Positions 1-59,688 of a stretch of 64,000 bases of DNA are shown here, piece after piece. The stretch spans positions 7,006,001 to 7,070,000 of the forward strand of contig OZ193909.1 in assembly GCA_964276515.1 (NCBI GenBank), in the 5' to 3' direction. Numbering within the stretch: the stretch's first letter is position 1; each line of letters opens with the position of its first letter. Both the position numbers and the translations under genes were made by a program. The notes under the pieces are model-generated. The model did not search any database. It was given only the letters and a program-made list of their open reading frames with translations, and was not told the origin of the DNA. This stretch comes from Gordius albopunctatus (lineage: Eukaryota).

Positions 1-1573
1 TGATTTTGAGGTATGGACTTGGACTGTGTCGATGCCTGTGCGAGACAGGGTATCAGCCACGATGTTCGTACTACCCCGGATGTATCGAATGTCCGACGTA
101 AACTGTGAAATGTAGTCTAATTGGCGGATTTCTCGGGGGGAGTATTTGTCCATCTTTGCCTTGAGTGCATAAGTCAAAGGCTTGTGGTCTGTGTATACAG
201 TGAAGTTGTGTCCTTCGAGGACATGGTTATATTGTTTTATAATGAGGTAAATAGCCAAAAGTTCTCGGCTGAAGGTGCTGTAACGTGTCTGAGTATCTGA
301 CAGTTTTTTTGACAAGAACGCGAGTGGTAGGATGTCCTCATTTGATTGTTGTTGTAACACTCCTCCGACCGCATAATTGGAAGCATCAGTCGTAATGGAC
401 AGCGTGCTACCTTCGTCTAAATGAGAAAGGCAGGTTATTTGCTTAAGAGCTTGTTTTGACCGGCTGAAAGATTCTACGGCTTCAGGGATCAAAATGATAG
501 GTCTCTTTGAATCGTCTAGTAGGTCGGTTAGGGGTTTGAGAATTTCTGCGCACATAGGAATGAAACGACGATAGAAATTTATCATTCCTATAAAACGTCT
601 AAGTTGTGTCATTGTGGTGGGAATTGGGAATTTTTCAATTGCGTCAATTTTTTCAGGTATCGGTTTAAAACCTTTGGACGTTACTATATGCCCTAAAAAA
701 ATCAACTTCCTTGACTCCCCACTGACATTTCCCTAGATTGACGCTAATACCATTTTCGAAAAGTCTTTCAATAACTTTTTCGACGTGTACCTTATGTTCT
801 TGCCCGATAATCTCCACACGGTCTCCAGTTTTGTTTGTTCTTCTTTGGGGCCATATGTAACGGTGAAGCCCAGCAGCTCTTTGATCTTCTGATGATGCCT
901 GAATCCATCATATGCATGAATTCGTCCTTGGCAATCTTCAGTTTCCTGTATTTAAGCGTCTGGGTTTCGCAAATACGGGTGGACCTTTGGTTTCTATGTG
1001 GTGTTGGGTATCGTGCTTTATAGCCGGGCCATAGATAGTAGGTTTAAAAACGGCCGGAATTTTTTTAAATAAATTGGTAAATTCCAGAGGATGTATTATA
1101 GCCAGTTGTGAATTTAAAGCCTCTGATGTCGGTTTTTTGTAAACGGATATGTTTTGTGCATCTATCAATTGTTTCCTCTTGACATCAACTATTAAGTTAA
1201 AATTGTTTAAAAAATCCGCACCTAATATTGAAAATTTAACCTCGGCAATTGTAAAAGCCCATTGATATCGTTTTTTAAGTCCCAAATCTAAAGTTAGCAA
1301 CTTTTGTCCAAATGTTTTTATGGTACTTGAATTAGCTGCCTGTAGTTGGATGTGGGATGGTTGTAATTGGACTTTCTTTTGCGCAGGTATAACACTTAAC
1401 TCTGCCCCAGTATCGACCAAAAAGTGTAGAGATGATGTTCTGTCGTATATAAAAAATAAGCGACTTGGTGTATAAGGCTGGTGCCAGTTGTCGCTTGGCC
1501 TGGGCGGCCTGCTATTTTGGGTCTTTGTGTATAAAAGCACACGGTGCGACACATTTGGTTGCTTTTTCGCCAT
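1..1573 (-). pseudogene. Gypsy pol (aspartic protease, internally deleted RT, RNase H), frameshifted
   Basis: DTG protease motif; GPPVFAKPRRL then a frameshift; RT YxDD core absent; RNase H motifs at about 60-400. Confidence 0.9.
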
Positions 1574-1691
1574 ATTTATTGTGATACCAGCAAAAATTAG
1601 ATCCGGTTGATGAACTAGGTGTGCGTGTTGATCGTGACTGAGATCGGTGTCTGGAAGCTGATCGTATTTTGTAAATGTCTTTTTTTAATCC

Positions 1692-2297
1692 TTACACCGA
1701 GACACTCAGTTTTCTTACTAGTTCTTTCAATTCAACTATTTCACCAACTACATTTTGTTTAGCAGAGTTGATAACCGGACTTACATGGTAAGTTGCAGCA
1801 ATCTTATCGGCTGTTTCAGCTAATTTCGTCGATGATTGGTCTGCGGCAAATATTGCTAATATTCCAGTCATTGACGATGGTAATTTATCCATCCATAATT
1901 GTTTAAGGATGGTGTCGTCCATAGAGTGTTTCCCTAATAAATTTCTCATGTGGCGCATCAGTTGTGATGGAGAGCGATCTCCCAGCTCCACATTGGTCAG
2001 TAAATCATGGAGGCGTTGGGAGTCCGTTTGTGAAGTTCGCTCTATAATGTCATCTTTGAGTTTTGAGAAGGGAGTGTCAGTTGGAATGTTTTCCAGTAAA
2101 TCTTGAATTTCTGTAGTTACCTCATAGGAAAGTGCTTCGATTAGATAACCTAGTTTCGTAAATTCATTTCTGATTTTACGAATTTTAAGAAGTGATTCAA
2201 TTTGCAAGAACCAAATTCTTGGGTTTGTTAGGTTAAAAACCGGGAGTTTAAAGTATAGGGTATTCTCCGTCGGATATTCTTCGATCTTAGGTTCCAT
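1692..2297 (-). pseudogene. Gypsy gag with a premature stop at 1692-1694; the frame continues to the CWYH zinc knuckle near 1540-1595
   Basis: Gag motifs; reading through the TAA in frame gives ...RSASRHRSQSRS...NFCWYHNKYGEKATKCVAPC. Confidence 0.85.
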
Positions 2298-2316
2298 ATA
2301 GGTTGCGTTATCGTTT

Positions 2317-2328
2317 TCGGGGTCACCA
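2317..2328 (-). promoter_or_regulatory. Primer binding site complementary to the tRNA-Trp 3' end
   Basis: Minus strand TGGTGACCCCGA, 4 nt after the LTR end; equals the first 12 nt of the classic tRNA-Trp PBS. Confidence 0.85.
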
Positions 2329-2332
2329 GAAA

Positions 2333-2713
2333 TGTAGCGGCACTAGCCCCAACTAGGAGTAGAAACAAGGGTAAAATCGAAGGCCAACCACATTTATTTA
2401 TACTGAAAGTCAAAAATTACAAGAGAATAAATTCTATATGAATTAACGCGTATATATACACCATTTAAGGTGAGATTAATATGCATAATGTATAAATATT
2501 TTCGTATATTCAAATTGATATAATGTATTTACATTATGTAATTACGTGGGTGAATAATAACTTACGTAAATTTGTGTATTCAAATTATAACTATTTGAGA
2601 GGCGCCATATATTCAAATTGAGATAAAGTATTTACATTGTGTAATTACGCGGGTGAATAATAATTAACGTAAATTATGTGTATTCAAATTATGGCCATTT
2701 GCAAGGCGCCATA
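2333..2713 (-). repeat. 5' LTR of the Gypsy element (about 380 bp) containing an internal ~105-bp tandem duplication
   Basis: Imperfect terminal inverted repeats (TGTAGCGG at 2333, GGCGCCATA at 2705-2713); lies next to the PBS; units about 2505-2609 and 2610-2713. Confidence 0.75.
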
Positions 2714-2780
2714 AGTTCTTCAAAATTTGTGGCGGCATACATACATACACACACACATAGTTTCATTTTTATATATAAGA
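2714..2780 (-). mobile_element. 5' fragment of a non-autonomous Helitron, interrupted by the Gypsy insertion
   Basis: Near-identical to the 5' end (about 45776-45838) of the intact Helitron at 45505-45838; begins TC after an A on the minus strand. Confidence 0.75.
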
Positions 2781-4791
2781 TAAAGGAATTTTTTGGATAT
2801 TAAGGGGGGGGGAAATTGATATAGTTGGATTGGCACTTTTACAAACCTTTCTAGTAAATCATTTGAGTAAAACAACGACTAATTAAGGTATTTTCGTTAG
2901 GCTGGTTGGTTCAACATATTTCTATGTTTCATCGTTCTAATTTAATACTTGATTCTTTCAAGAGGAAGAATTTGGGTCAAGGATTATAATAAGTTCCAGA
3001 CCGAATTGGAAAATGACTTTGCAGGAATCAGCTAAAAATTTAAATCATTGTCAGATCAGTATTTTTGTGAGCAATGTGGGGAAAAAGTCTTGTTAAACTT
3101 TAACATAATTTTATCAATACATTTATAATGATAATGTATTAAAATTATTATTAATCGAAATAAATTTAAAAGCCACTATGCACGTTCCTCCTAATAATAA
3201 AAGTGGCGCAGCTGGGGGGGGGGGGAGCAATTTTTTTATATCTTAACTTAGATAATTTTATTTCTTAAAAAGTAAATCGTTTAATTGAGCTAAACCGACT
3301 TATTTATATTCTCTTTGCTATTTATTAACACGCAATGAATAAAAGGTAAGCAATTAAAACTTAAGGTATTTTTAAAACCTTTAGCTCCATACTACAGCTT
3401 CAATCAAATATGTATGGTATATTATTTTGGATTGGGGCAATAGAGTTTGTGAAATTTGAAATTTTTCTTGTCAATCTACCAGTTTCATTTTGAGCCTAAA
3501 TTTATTTGCAAAAACTCAATATATGCCATATTATTTTATGTTACCTTAATGTAATTCTTTTAATTACATAGTTTCGCTGTTATTTAACTATATACGTTAT
3601 TCATTATAAATAAAATTTAATTTTATTGCGGTAATTTCGCTAAGAGATCGGCATGGCCTGGCCTGAAAACCCAACCCGCGGGCCGGGCTTTTACTCTAAA
3701 AATCTAACTTACCGGAGACGGGTGATTCTATAACCTAGTGGTCGCGGATCGGGCATTGATTAAGAAGGCCCGTAATAAAATCATTTAGATTTTTTGTGTA
3801 TTATAAAGTATAAAAAAAGTGTGTTATTTTATGTTTTATATTTATTTATAAATATTTATTGTCCACAATAAAAATAAAAAAATATTTTTCTCGCGCTTTA
3901 AATTGATAAGTGTTGGTTTGGGGCTATATAAAGACGTGATCTACTCAAATCATTCCTTCTAAAAATCTTAAAATATTAGAGTAAGCTAGATAAATATTTT
4001 TAAAAGAATTATTATTTGCATGATTATTATTAACATCTCTAAATATTGTTTTATTATTTCATTAAGAATATTAATTTTCTATATGAAAAGAGCAAATTAA
4101 AATTTTTCATATGGGGTCCGCGGCTCGGGCTTTGTAAAAAAATAGCGGATATAGTGTATAATTTATTATTTTAATGGGCCCAAACCAGGCCCAGATTTGT
4201 ATATATATGTAAAGGTTGGGTAGTTGATATAAAGAGGCCCCGCCTCCCATTTTCCAGGCTCATGTGTAAGTCGAAGGTAACAGGAAAGATCTAAGATATG
4301 GGTATGATTTTGGTGGGACTTAAAAAGATAGGAGTTCAAGCAAATTAAGGAAAATTAAACAAAGGAATATATGATCATCAAGTTAAATAAATGAGTAGGA
4401 AGACTCTTTTAAATGACCTTTGTTCCCTCCCCACTGGTGTGAAATTTTAGCCCCTCCAAGAGAAAAATGTTGACTACGTTACTGACGATAAACAGCTATT
4501 TTGATTTAGCCTAAGTTATGTTTGTTTAATGCATACATTTTTAGATCCCTCTTCTGCTTATTTAACTATCAATACTAAGCCAGATTCCTAAAAGGTTAAG
4601 GTTATATTTGTACAAGTAAACATCCATATACATGCATATCGATTTAATAATTTTTACATAAATAAAATAATTTCACTATTTATAGATTAATATAATTTCA
4701 TCAATAAATGATAACTTACCTTTAATAGATAAATTCAATGCAATCTACAAACAATAACGTTGATATACTCTAGCTTGCAGAGATAATTACT

Positions 4792-4955
4792 CATAGGCGT
4801 AGTCGGGGAGCAGAAAGGGGCGGCTGCCTTCCTCTAAATCCAAAAAATTGTTGAAATTTATTAAAATTATAGCTAAAATTTCAAAAAATGATCCTTTTGT
4901 CGGTCCCTAAATTATTATTTCCCCCCCTCTAATCCCAATGCTGGCCATGCCCATG
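4792..4955. mobile_element. hAT-type MITE, CATGGGCGTAGCCAG family
   Basis: TIRs CATAGGCGTAG...ATGCCCATG; 8-bp TSD TAATTACT/TAATTGCT; at least 7 related copies in the window. Confidence 0.85.
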
Positions 4956-5383
4956 TAATTGCTATTACTGTTAAAATAAGCATAATTACAAGATTGATGA
5001 TAAATAATTACCAAGCTCAAAGATAATTTACTTTATTTAACTTTTTCAAATATCTGTCATGGGGTAATTTATATTTTCATATTAATATATATGGATCGTA
5101 AGCAAATTATATCCAATCATTAGACGAAAGTTGATGAGTTAAATGTCACGGCTGTTTATGAGCAAGTAACCAATTTATTTGCTATGGAAAAAGTGGATCT
5201 GCTTACACAAAAAGTGGTTTTGCAACCGCCTTTCCAAGTATCGCCATTAATTAGGGTATTATACTTTATATAATAAAATTTAAGTTCAATTAGGGTGCAA
5301 GATGGAGTTTTTTATTGCTTGGTATAGTGTACGGAGCTTATAAGAATAGTGATTAAATAATTATTAAATTAAAATTTTTCAGG

Positions 5384-5571
5384 AACTCTTAGCAAAAAAG
5401 AAACTGCCATAAGAGAGTTTCAATTGAAGCAAAAGATTGTTAAAGATGCACATGATAAAAAATTAAAAGCATGGATGGATGAAGGTTGCACTTTCATAAA
5501 ATTTATATATATTATCTATTTTAGAGGAAATGAAGTATCTTACAAAAGAGATTGGAGTAAAACTAGCTTAA
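5384..5571 (+). CDS. Possible last two exons of an unidentified plus-strand gene
   Basis: Polypyrimidine-CAG acceptor, open frame TLSKKETAIREFQLKQKIVKDAHDKKLKAWMDE, a 40-nt GT-AG intron (5485-5524), then EEMKYLTKEIGVKLA*; no recognisable homology. Confidence 0.3.
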
Positions 5572-6492
5572 TGTGCATTTTATTATTGCTACCTGACACT
5601 ATATTAAATAAAAATAAGTCACATTATGGTGATTTAATAAATTGAAATTTTGTGTGTGATTATTAGTTAATAATATTGTGATTCGATGAGTATACACAAA
5701 AATTTAGGCAACATTTTTTAGTATTTTTTATATTATAGATTTTGCCATTAAATATATATTTTTAATTACATCTCTTTTTAGTTGTGATAATTTCAAAATA
5801 TGTTGCTTGATGATTTTATTTTTATTGATGACTAAATGAATGAACCATTTTGAACGCAATTAAACAATTATGAAATATATAATGCATTCAATTTTCTATT
5901 TCTATATAAAGCAGACAATAAAAAACACTAAAATTGTATATATAAAAAACCAATGGTATATTCTAAAACTCATTTTAAAAATAGGCTTAAAAATAGTACA
6001 AAAATCTTATTATATGTTGAATGTATAATTTTGGGTTTGATTTTGTCAAATTGTTTTTTGCAAGATTAAGACAGGCATGTCTTGAAAAAAATCTTAATGC
6101 CCAAAAATAACCTGATACTGATAAGCTTTTATCTGTTAATATCAATTAAACCTGACCATATGAATGAACGTTAGAGATTTTATGGCCTATAATAAGATTA
6201 TAATACAATTTTTGGGAAAAACATTTACAAGGTTTTTTTATAAGGTGAATGGTCCCTCCTCACTCAAAAGTTCCCCTCATAATTTAAATAATTAAATTAA
6301 GATAAGACTTACATTATGCAAATTAGAATGAAAAGATTACTTCTCCCCCCCCCCATAATATTTAAAATCCCTAATAATTAATTTTTTGGAACTTTAAGAA
6401 AAATCATCTTTTTTTTAAATTTGAGTTCATTATTTTTCTTAATTGTGTCAAATATTTGCGTTTAAAGTTTTGATTATATTTGACACGTTATT

Positions 6493-6790
6493 TAGAGATG
6501 GCAAAATGGGAAATATTCCCCAGATTTGAGAAAATTCTCCGGAATAATATTTACTTTAAACATTAATTTTGTTTTGATACTATCTTAAACAATTCGGATC
6601 GTAAAATACATCATTTGTACCTCCTGAAAAATTAAGGATGGTAACATGGGGAAATTTTCTGGGAAAGGAAAATTGATTTTTCCCTGGCGAAAATTACTCT
6701 AAATAAACTTTACTTTTTAAATATTAATTTTTTTATAATATCCTTAACTATTATAATTGTAAAATATATCATTTTTAACTCTTGAAAATA
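6493..6790 (+). repeat. Two diverged tandem ~140-160 bp units, each starting with a hAT-like terminus
   Basis: Units start TAGAGATGG (about 6493) and TAAGGATGG (about 6633) and share GGGAAAT...TTTACTTT...GTAAAATA.ATCATTT...CTGAAAA. Confidence 0.55.
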
Positions 6791-7924
6791 TTAATTTCTA
6801 TCTTTTCACCTTAAAATTATATCTGAAGAGTTTAAAATTTGGATTTAGGTGGAACTTAGTGTTGTAAAAAACCAAGGGTTTCCATTGGTCGCCTGCAAGC
6901 GTTGACGTTTTCTTTCACCCAGCCTTTTCAGTGATAGGTGAATTTTCTTGGGAGGGCTTTGGCGTTTTCGTAAAAAAGACCCAAAGCGTTTTGGGTGAAT
7001 TTTTGTGGGCCACCTTTGGCGTTTAGGTTTGGGTGGATAATATTATTAACCTTTTGGTCTTGGTCGTTTTGGGTTGGGCATGCAAATATATCAATTTGTT
7101 TGTATTGTTATCATATTTGCTGTATTTAGATTTAGGTAATGAACTTTTAATCTGAGAAAATAAAAATAGATGTATCATGACGTCACTGATTGGAAACTTT
7201 TCCCATTGTGACGTCATAATGAAAAGTATTATAATCTAATCTCTAGTAAATTATTATGCATTATAGAATATGTTTTATTTATGAAATTTTTTTATTTTTT
7301 ACCCTCTTTCTCACCTGGGAAAGAACGGTGAGCAGGTGGGGTGTTTGCCCCCCCCCTCTTATTTTTTACCCTCTTTCTGATGCGAGGAGAGGGGGGTATT
7401 CCCCCCCCCCCCCAGCCTTATTTTTTACCCTCTTTCTCATTCGGGTAGGAGGGTGTTTTGACCCCCCCTTATTTTTTACCCGAGGAGGGGGGGTAGGTAA
7501 TTTGGCCCCTGCCCCTTTTTTTATCATTTTAAATGACAATAAATAGAAAACGATTATAAAGTGAGATTTATCTGGTTATTCGAGAGCAGATTTTGAATTC
7601 GATCATTCAATTCAAAATTAATATTTTAAAATTCTTTATTCTAAATTAATGACAGCTAACAGATCCCCCTCTAAATATTCCCGGCATTTTTATTAAAATA
7701 ATCATTAGCAATTTTAATCACAAATTTAATTTCGAATATATTTTTAATTCCTCGCCTCTTGTAAAAGATAAAGACTTGTTAATTATATGATGTCTCTTTT
7801 ATTTTATATTTGTAGCATTTTAAATTAATTGTATTAATTAAATTCATATTATTAAGCTATATTTTGACTTGCACCCAAAATTATAATTTTCCACCATTGA
7901 TTGTAAATTCGAAGAGTTGTAGAT

Positions 7925-8495
7925 TGTGAAGAATTCTATACAAAAATTTTTCCCTCTTAAAATACCAAACCCTGGTATTTCTAGTAAGTGACTTAAGCTT
8001 TTATTTTATGTTTATATAGTATTGATTTCTTATATATATTAATTGTTATTGTGATTACATTGCATTGCCAATTTTAAAAATTTCTAGATGAAAAACAAGA
8101 AGATTCAATATCAATTGAAACACTCACACCTATTGTTTTAAATAATATTGATGAAAATGCCTCAACTATTCTAAAGTCAAATGGTATATGTAAAATTTTA
8201 TCTTTTTTAGTTTATTTTTAGAGTTAATATTAACACCATACAACATTATGAAGATAAGTTTGCAGAATTTGATAAAATTTATCAACCACCACTTTTATTC
8301 AATTTCCCGAGAAAATGGTGCTTATTGTAAATTTTGTGTGTTCTTTGGACCAAGGTATGGTGGTAAAGGGGATCAAAAGTTGAAAGCCCTTGTCATATTG
8401 TACGCGAAGTTTATTTTTGTTATATTAAAAATAAAAGTGTCGAAAATTTTTTTGAATCTTTCTGGCCCCTTGAGAAAATCCTGTCTACGCGCCTG
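7925..8495 (+). pseudogene. Remnant of a spliced hAT (Tip100/ZMYM-like) transposase N-terminus with a TTF-type zinc finger, ending in a TIR
   Basis: YSISRENGAYCKFCVFFGPRYGGKGDQKLKALV at about 8295-8395; exon-like segments at about 7925-7974 and 8088-8183; terminus CCTGTCTACGCGCCTG at about 8480-8495. Confidence 0.6.
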
Positions 8496-8869
8496 TGTTG
8501 GTGTCTTGTGAAAGCATAGTAATTAATAGCATGATATGCTTTTTGCAAATACCTTAGGTGTTTCCATTAAATGCCCAACAGTAAAACTTACTTACCCATG
8601 ATGGCAAATTTTTTTAAATTGGTAAAACTTCGTATAAATATTATATTTAATAATACAGCTTATTTCTTAAATGAAGTTATATTAAAAAATTTATTTTAAT
8701 TGATATGGTATATTAAGACAATTGTTGACCGTCAATCTTCAAAAATATTTTTTCTAATATAAGAATATTTAAAAAAAAATATTAATAGAAAATGTTGATT
8801 ATGACATTAGTCACCACTGTAACCGCAAAAATTCACAAAAATATTTTAAAAGGGTTAAAAAGGGCTTTC

Positions 8870-9400
8870 CGGCCCCCCCCCTGGGTGAGAAAGAGGGTAA
8901 AAAATAGGAAGAGGGGCGAATCACCCCTCCCCCTCTCCCCGGCATCAGAAAGAGGGTAAAAAAAGAGGTGGGGGGGGGGAAACACACTACCCCACTCCCC
9001 TGGTGAGAAAGAGGATAAAAATGGGGTGGGGGCAAAACACCCCCCCCCCCCCCATGCCCCCCCCCCCTTCTGGTGAGAAAGAGGATAAAAAATGGGGGGG
9101 GAAACACCCCCCATGCCCCCCCCCCTTCTGGTGAGAAAGAGGATAAAAAATGGGGGGGGGGAAACACCCCCCATGCCCCCCCCCTTCTGGTGAGAAAGAG
9201 GATAAAAAATGGGGGGGGGGGAAACACCCCCCATGCCCCCCCCCCTCTTATTTTTTATCCTCTTTCTCACCAGGGGGGGGGCATGGAGGGTGTTTTGGCC
9301 CCCTATTTTTTTATCCTCTTTCTGATGCGGGGGAAGAGGGGGGGCAGGTGGGGTGATTTGCCCCCACCCTATTCGTTCTTTCCCAGGTGAGAAAGAGGGT
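8870..9400. repeat. G/C-rich minisatellite, ~50-60 bp unit (GGTGAGAAAGAGGATAAAAAATGGGGGGGGAAACACCCCCCATGCCCCCCCC), mirrored at 7290-7520
   Basis: About 9-10 units visible directly; two units at about 9245-9345 are inverted. Confidence 0.9.
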
Positions 9401-10227
9401 AAAAAATAAAAAAATTTCATAAATAAAACATATAAAGCATAATAATTAACTATAATTTACTAGAGATTAGATTATAATACTTTTCATTATGACGTCACAA
9501 TGGGAAAAGTTTCCAATCAGTGACGTCATGATACATCTATTTTTATTTTCTTAGATTAAAAGTTCATTACCTAAATCTAAATACAGCAAATATGATAACA
9601 ATACAAACAAATTGATATATTTGCATGCCCAACCCAAAACGACCAAACCAAAAGGTTAATAATATTATCCACCCAAACCCTTTAGGTGTTTAATCCACCC
9701 AAACCTAAACGCCAAAGGGGGCCCACAAAAATTCACCCAAAACGCTTTGGGTCTTTTTTACGAAAACGCCAAAGCCCTCCCAAGAAAATTCACCTAACAC
9801 TGAAAAGGCTGAGTGAAAAAAAAGGCCAACAACTAAGCTTAGCGCCAGCCGTTTTTACAAAACTAAAAGGCAGGAATTGGGGACAAAATGTTTAAATTTT
9901 AACCAAATTAGTTAAATCTATGAGTTAAATTTATAAAAATTTAAATATAAGGAACAGCCCTCCCTCTTTATGGCTAGTAATTATTTAGTCCAATCCATAA
10001 ATTTACTTAAAAGATAAATGCAAAATTTACTTTAATAGAAAAATTAAAATGTAGATGGCACTATAAAGGATAAAATTTATCGTAAATGTTAATACTCTCT
10101 ATTACAGTATAATTATAAAATATTTAATATGATATATGTTTTAAATATAGGATATTCCATCATTATAAACATTCCTAACCCCATACCTCAAAAAAGAAGT
10201 GAGCAATCTATTAAATGGAATCTATTC

Positions 10228-11180
10228 TAGAGCTCTGCAAAGTCACTTTTCTCAATCCAAACCCGACCCAAAAGTTATTAAATTTTTACAACCCCACCCG
10301 ACCCGAAATTAAAAAAAGTGATTGGTGTATTGATTTTGATGGTTTTATATGGCAACAAATTGTTATCTCCCACAAAAACAACAGATTCAACAATATTTTA
10401 AAACATGTTTGCCAGAAGTGAAAGCATTAGAAAAAAAGTAATAGATACTAATTTAGAAATCTTGCATAGCAATTAAAAGTTTATTTTAGTATATTTCAAC
10501 AAAAGTATCATTATCTTCAGTAGGCACCATAAAAAATAGAATGCAGATATTCTTAAAATTTTGCTAAATTAAAATGAATCTGTCTGTATTATCAAGCAAT
10601 TTTGATTTTAAGGCTTATAATGGTTGTGGCAATATTGTGCGAAAAACGGAGAAAATTTGATAATTTTTTTAAAACTTAAATTTTTTCAATCATGTTTGTA
10701 AAATCGTTTAATAAATGATCATGATAGTTTTATTTTATTCTAGTGTATAAGTTAGGCGGTAAAACAAGTTAAGACATTAATATTTAAAAAAAGAAAAATG
10801 GGAGCTGAGAAAATAGTTAACAAGTTAGGTGATATCCATTACATGTTTATCATAATCTATAGCATCAATGAAGATATTATACATTTCTGAGTTTTAAATT
10901 GCGCAAATTCAAAATTCAGAGATAACTAAAAGAAATTAAAATGAATGCATGAGATAAATTTATCATACATTTCGATTTCGATATTAATTATAAAATATTA
11001 TATATAATGGCTTTAATTTAAAAGATATTATGCAATATAAAATTCATAACCTCTAACCCGACTCGGACCCGAGTTTAAAATGTTTCAACCCGACCCGAAA
11101 GAATTTAATTTTTTTTAACCCGACCCGACCCAAAGGCATTTTTAAATGCCTTTAAAGCGAACCCGACCCCACCTCGGGGA
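10228..11180. mobile_element. Degenerate non-autonomous DNA transposon with ACCCGACCCG subterminal repeats (probably hAT)
   Basis: Starts TAGAGCTCTGCAAAGTCACTTTT; the reverse complement of this end recurs at about 59065-59087; many CCCGACCCG motifs; related remnants near 3650-4200, 32105-32371 and 58870-59087. Confidence 0.55.
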
Positions 11181-11603
11181 GATGTCTTATAGGACAATAG
11201 GCGAAAAAGTTTGGATATTGTGAATATGAAATTTTTGAGCGAGCAGAATCATTAAATTTAAAAAAGTTAATTTTCAAGGCCTTTTGGGTTTTGCATTTTT
11301 TTATTAAACTCCTAACTCCTCTTTTTTAGAATGCCTTAGCTTATTCAACATTAAAACATATTAAAAAAAAACATAACTAACTAGAGCTAGACTTTTAATA
11401 TTAAAATAATTTTACCTTTTTATATAAATTATCATTTTTGATATTAAGACTAGGACTTATATAAAGAATTGAGCTCAGATATGGTATCATATAAAATTTT
11501 GGTACAAATCATAAACATTTATTTACACGAAAATTTACACTATAATTTAAAGATTATATATCACAAACATAATATTTTATCTGTAGGGCTTTTTAGTCTA
11601 ACT

Positions 11604-59688
<48,085 letters not shown>

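Larger units (their letters stand above)
1..2713 (-). mobile_element. Ty3/Gypsy LTR retrotransposon (5' LTR, PBS, gag, protease, partial RT, RNase H), defective, runs off the window
   Basis: Gag (KLPVF...PRIWFLQIE...LGDRSPSQLMR, CWYH...C..PC knuckle), protease FLVDTGAELSVIP, RT pieces WASPLHMAPKK...WRPCGDYR and LGKCQWG...LRRFIGMINFYRRFIP, RNase H TDASNYAVGGVL...RELLAIY...TDHKPL...NIVADTLSR. Confidence 0.95.
6857..9865. mobile_element. About 3-kb foldback / long-TIR non-autonomous DNA transposon with hAT-like termini
   Basis: About 6911-7330 is the near-perfect reverse complement of about 9375-9820; termini TAGTGTTGTAAAA and TTTTACAAAACTA match the TSD-bounded MITE at 58589-58760; no TSD seen. 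Confidence 0.85.

Noticed and set aside
8811..9420. Gly/Pro-rich ORFs of 105-195 aa on both strands
   Set aside because: Artefacts of the G/C minisatellite in the foldback element.
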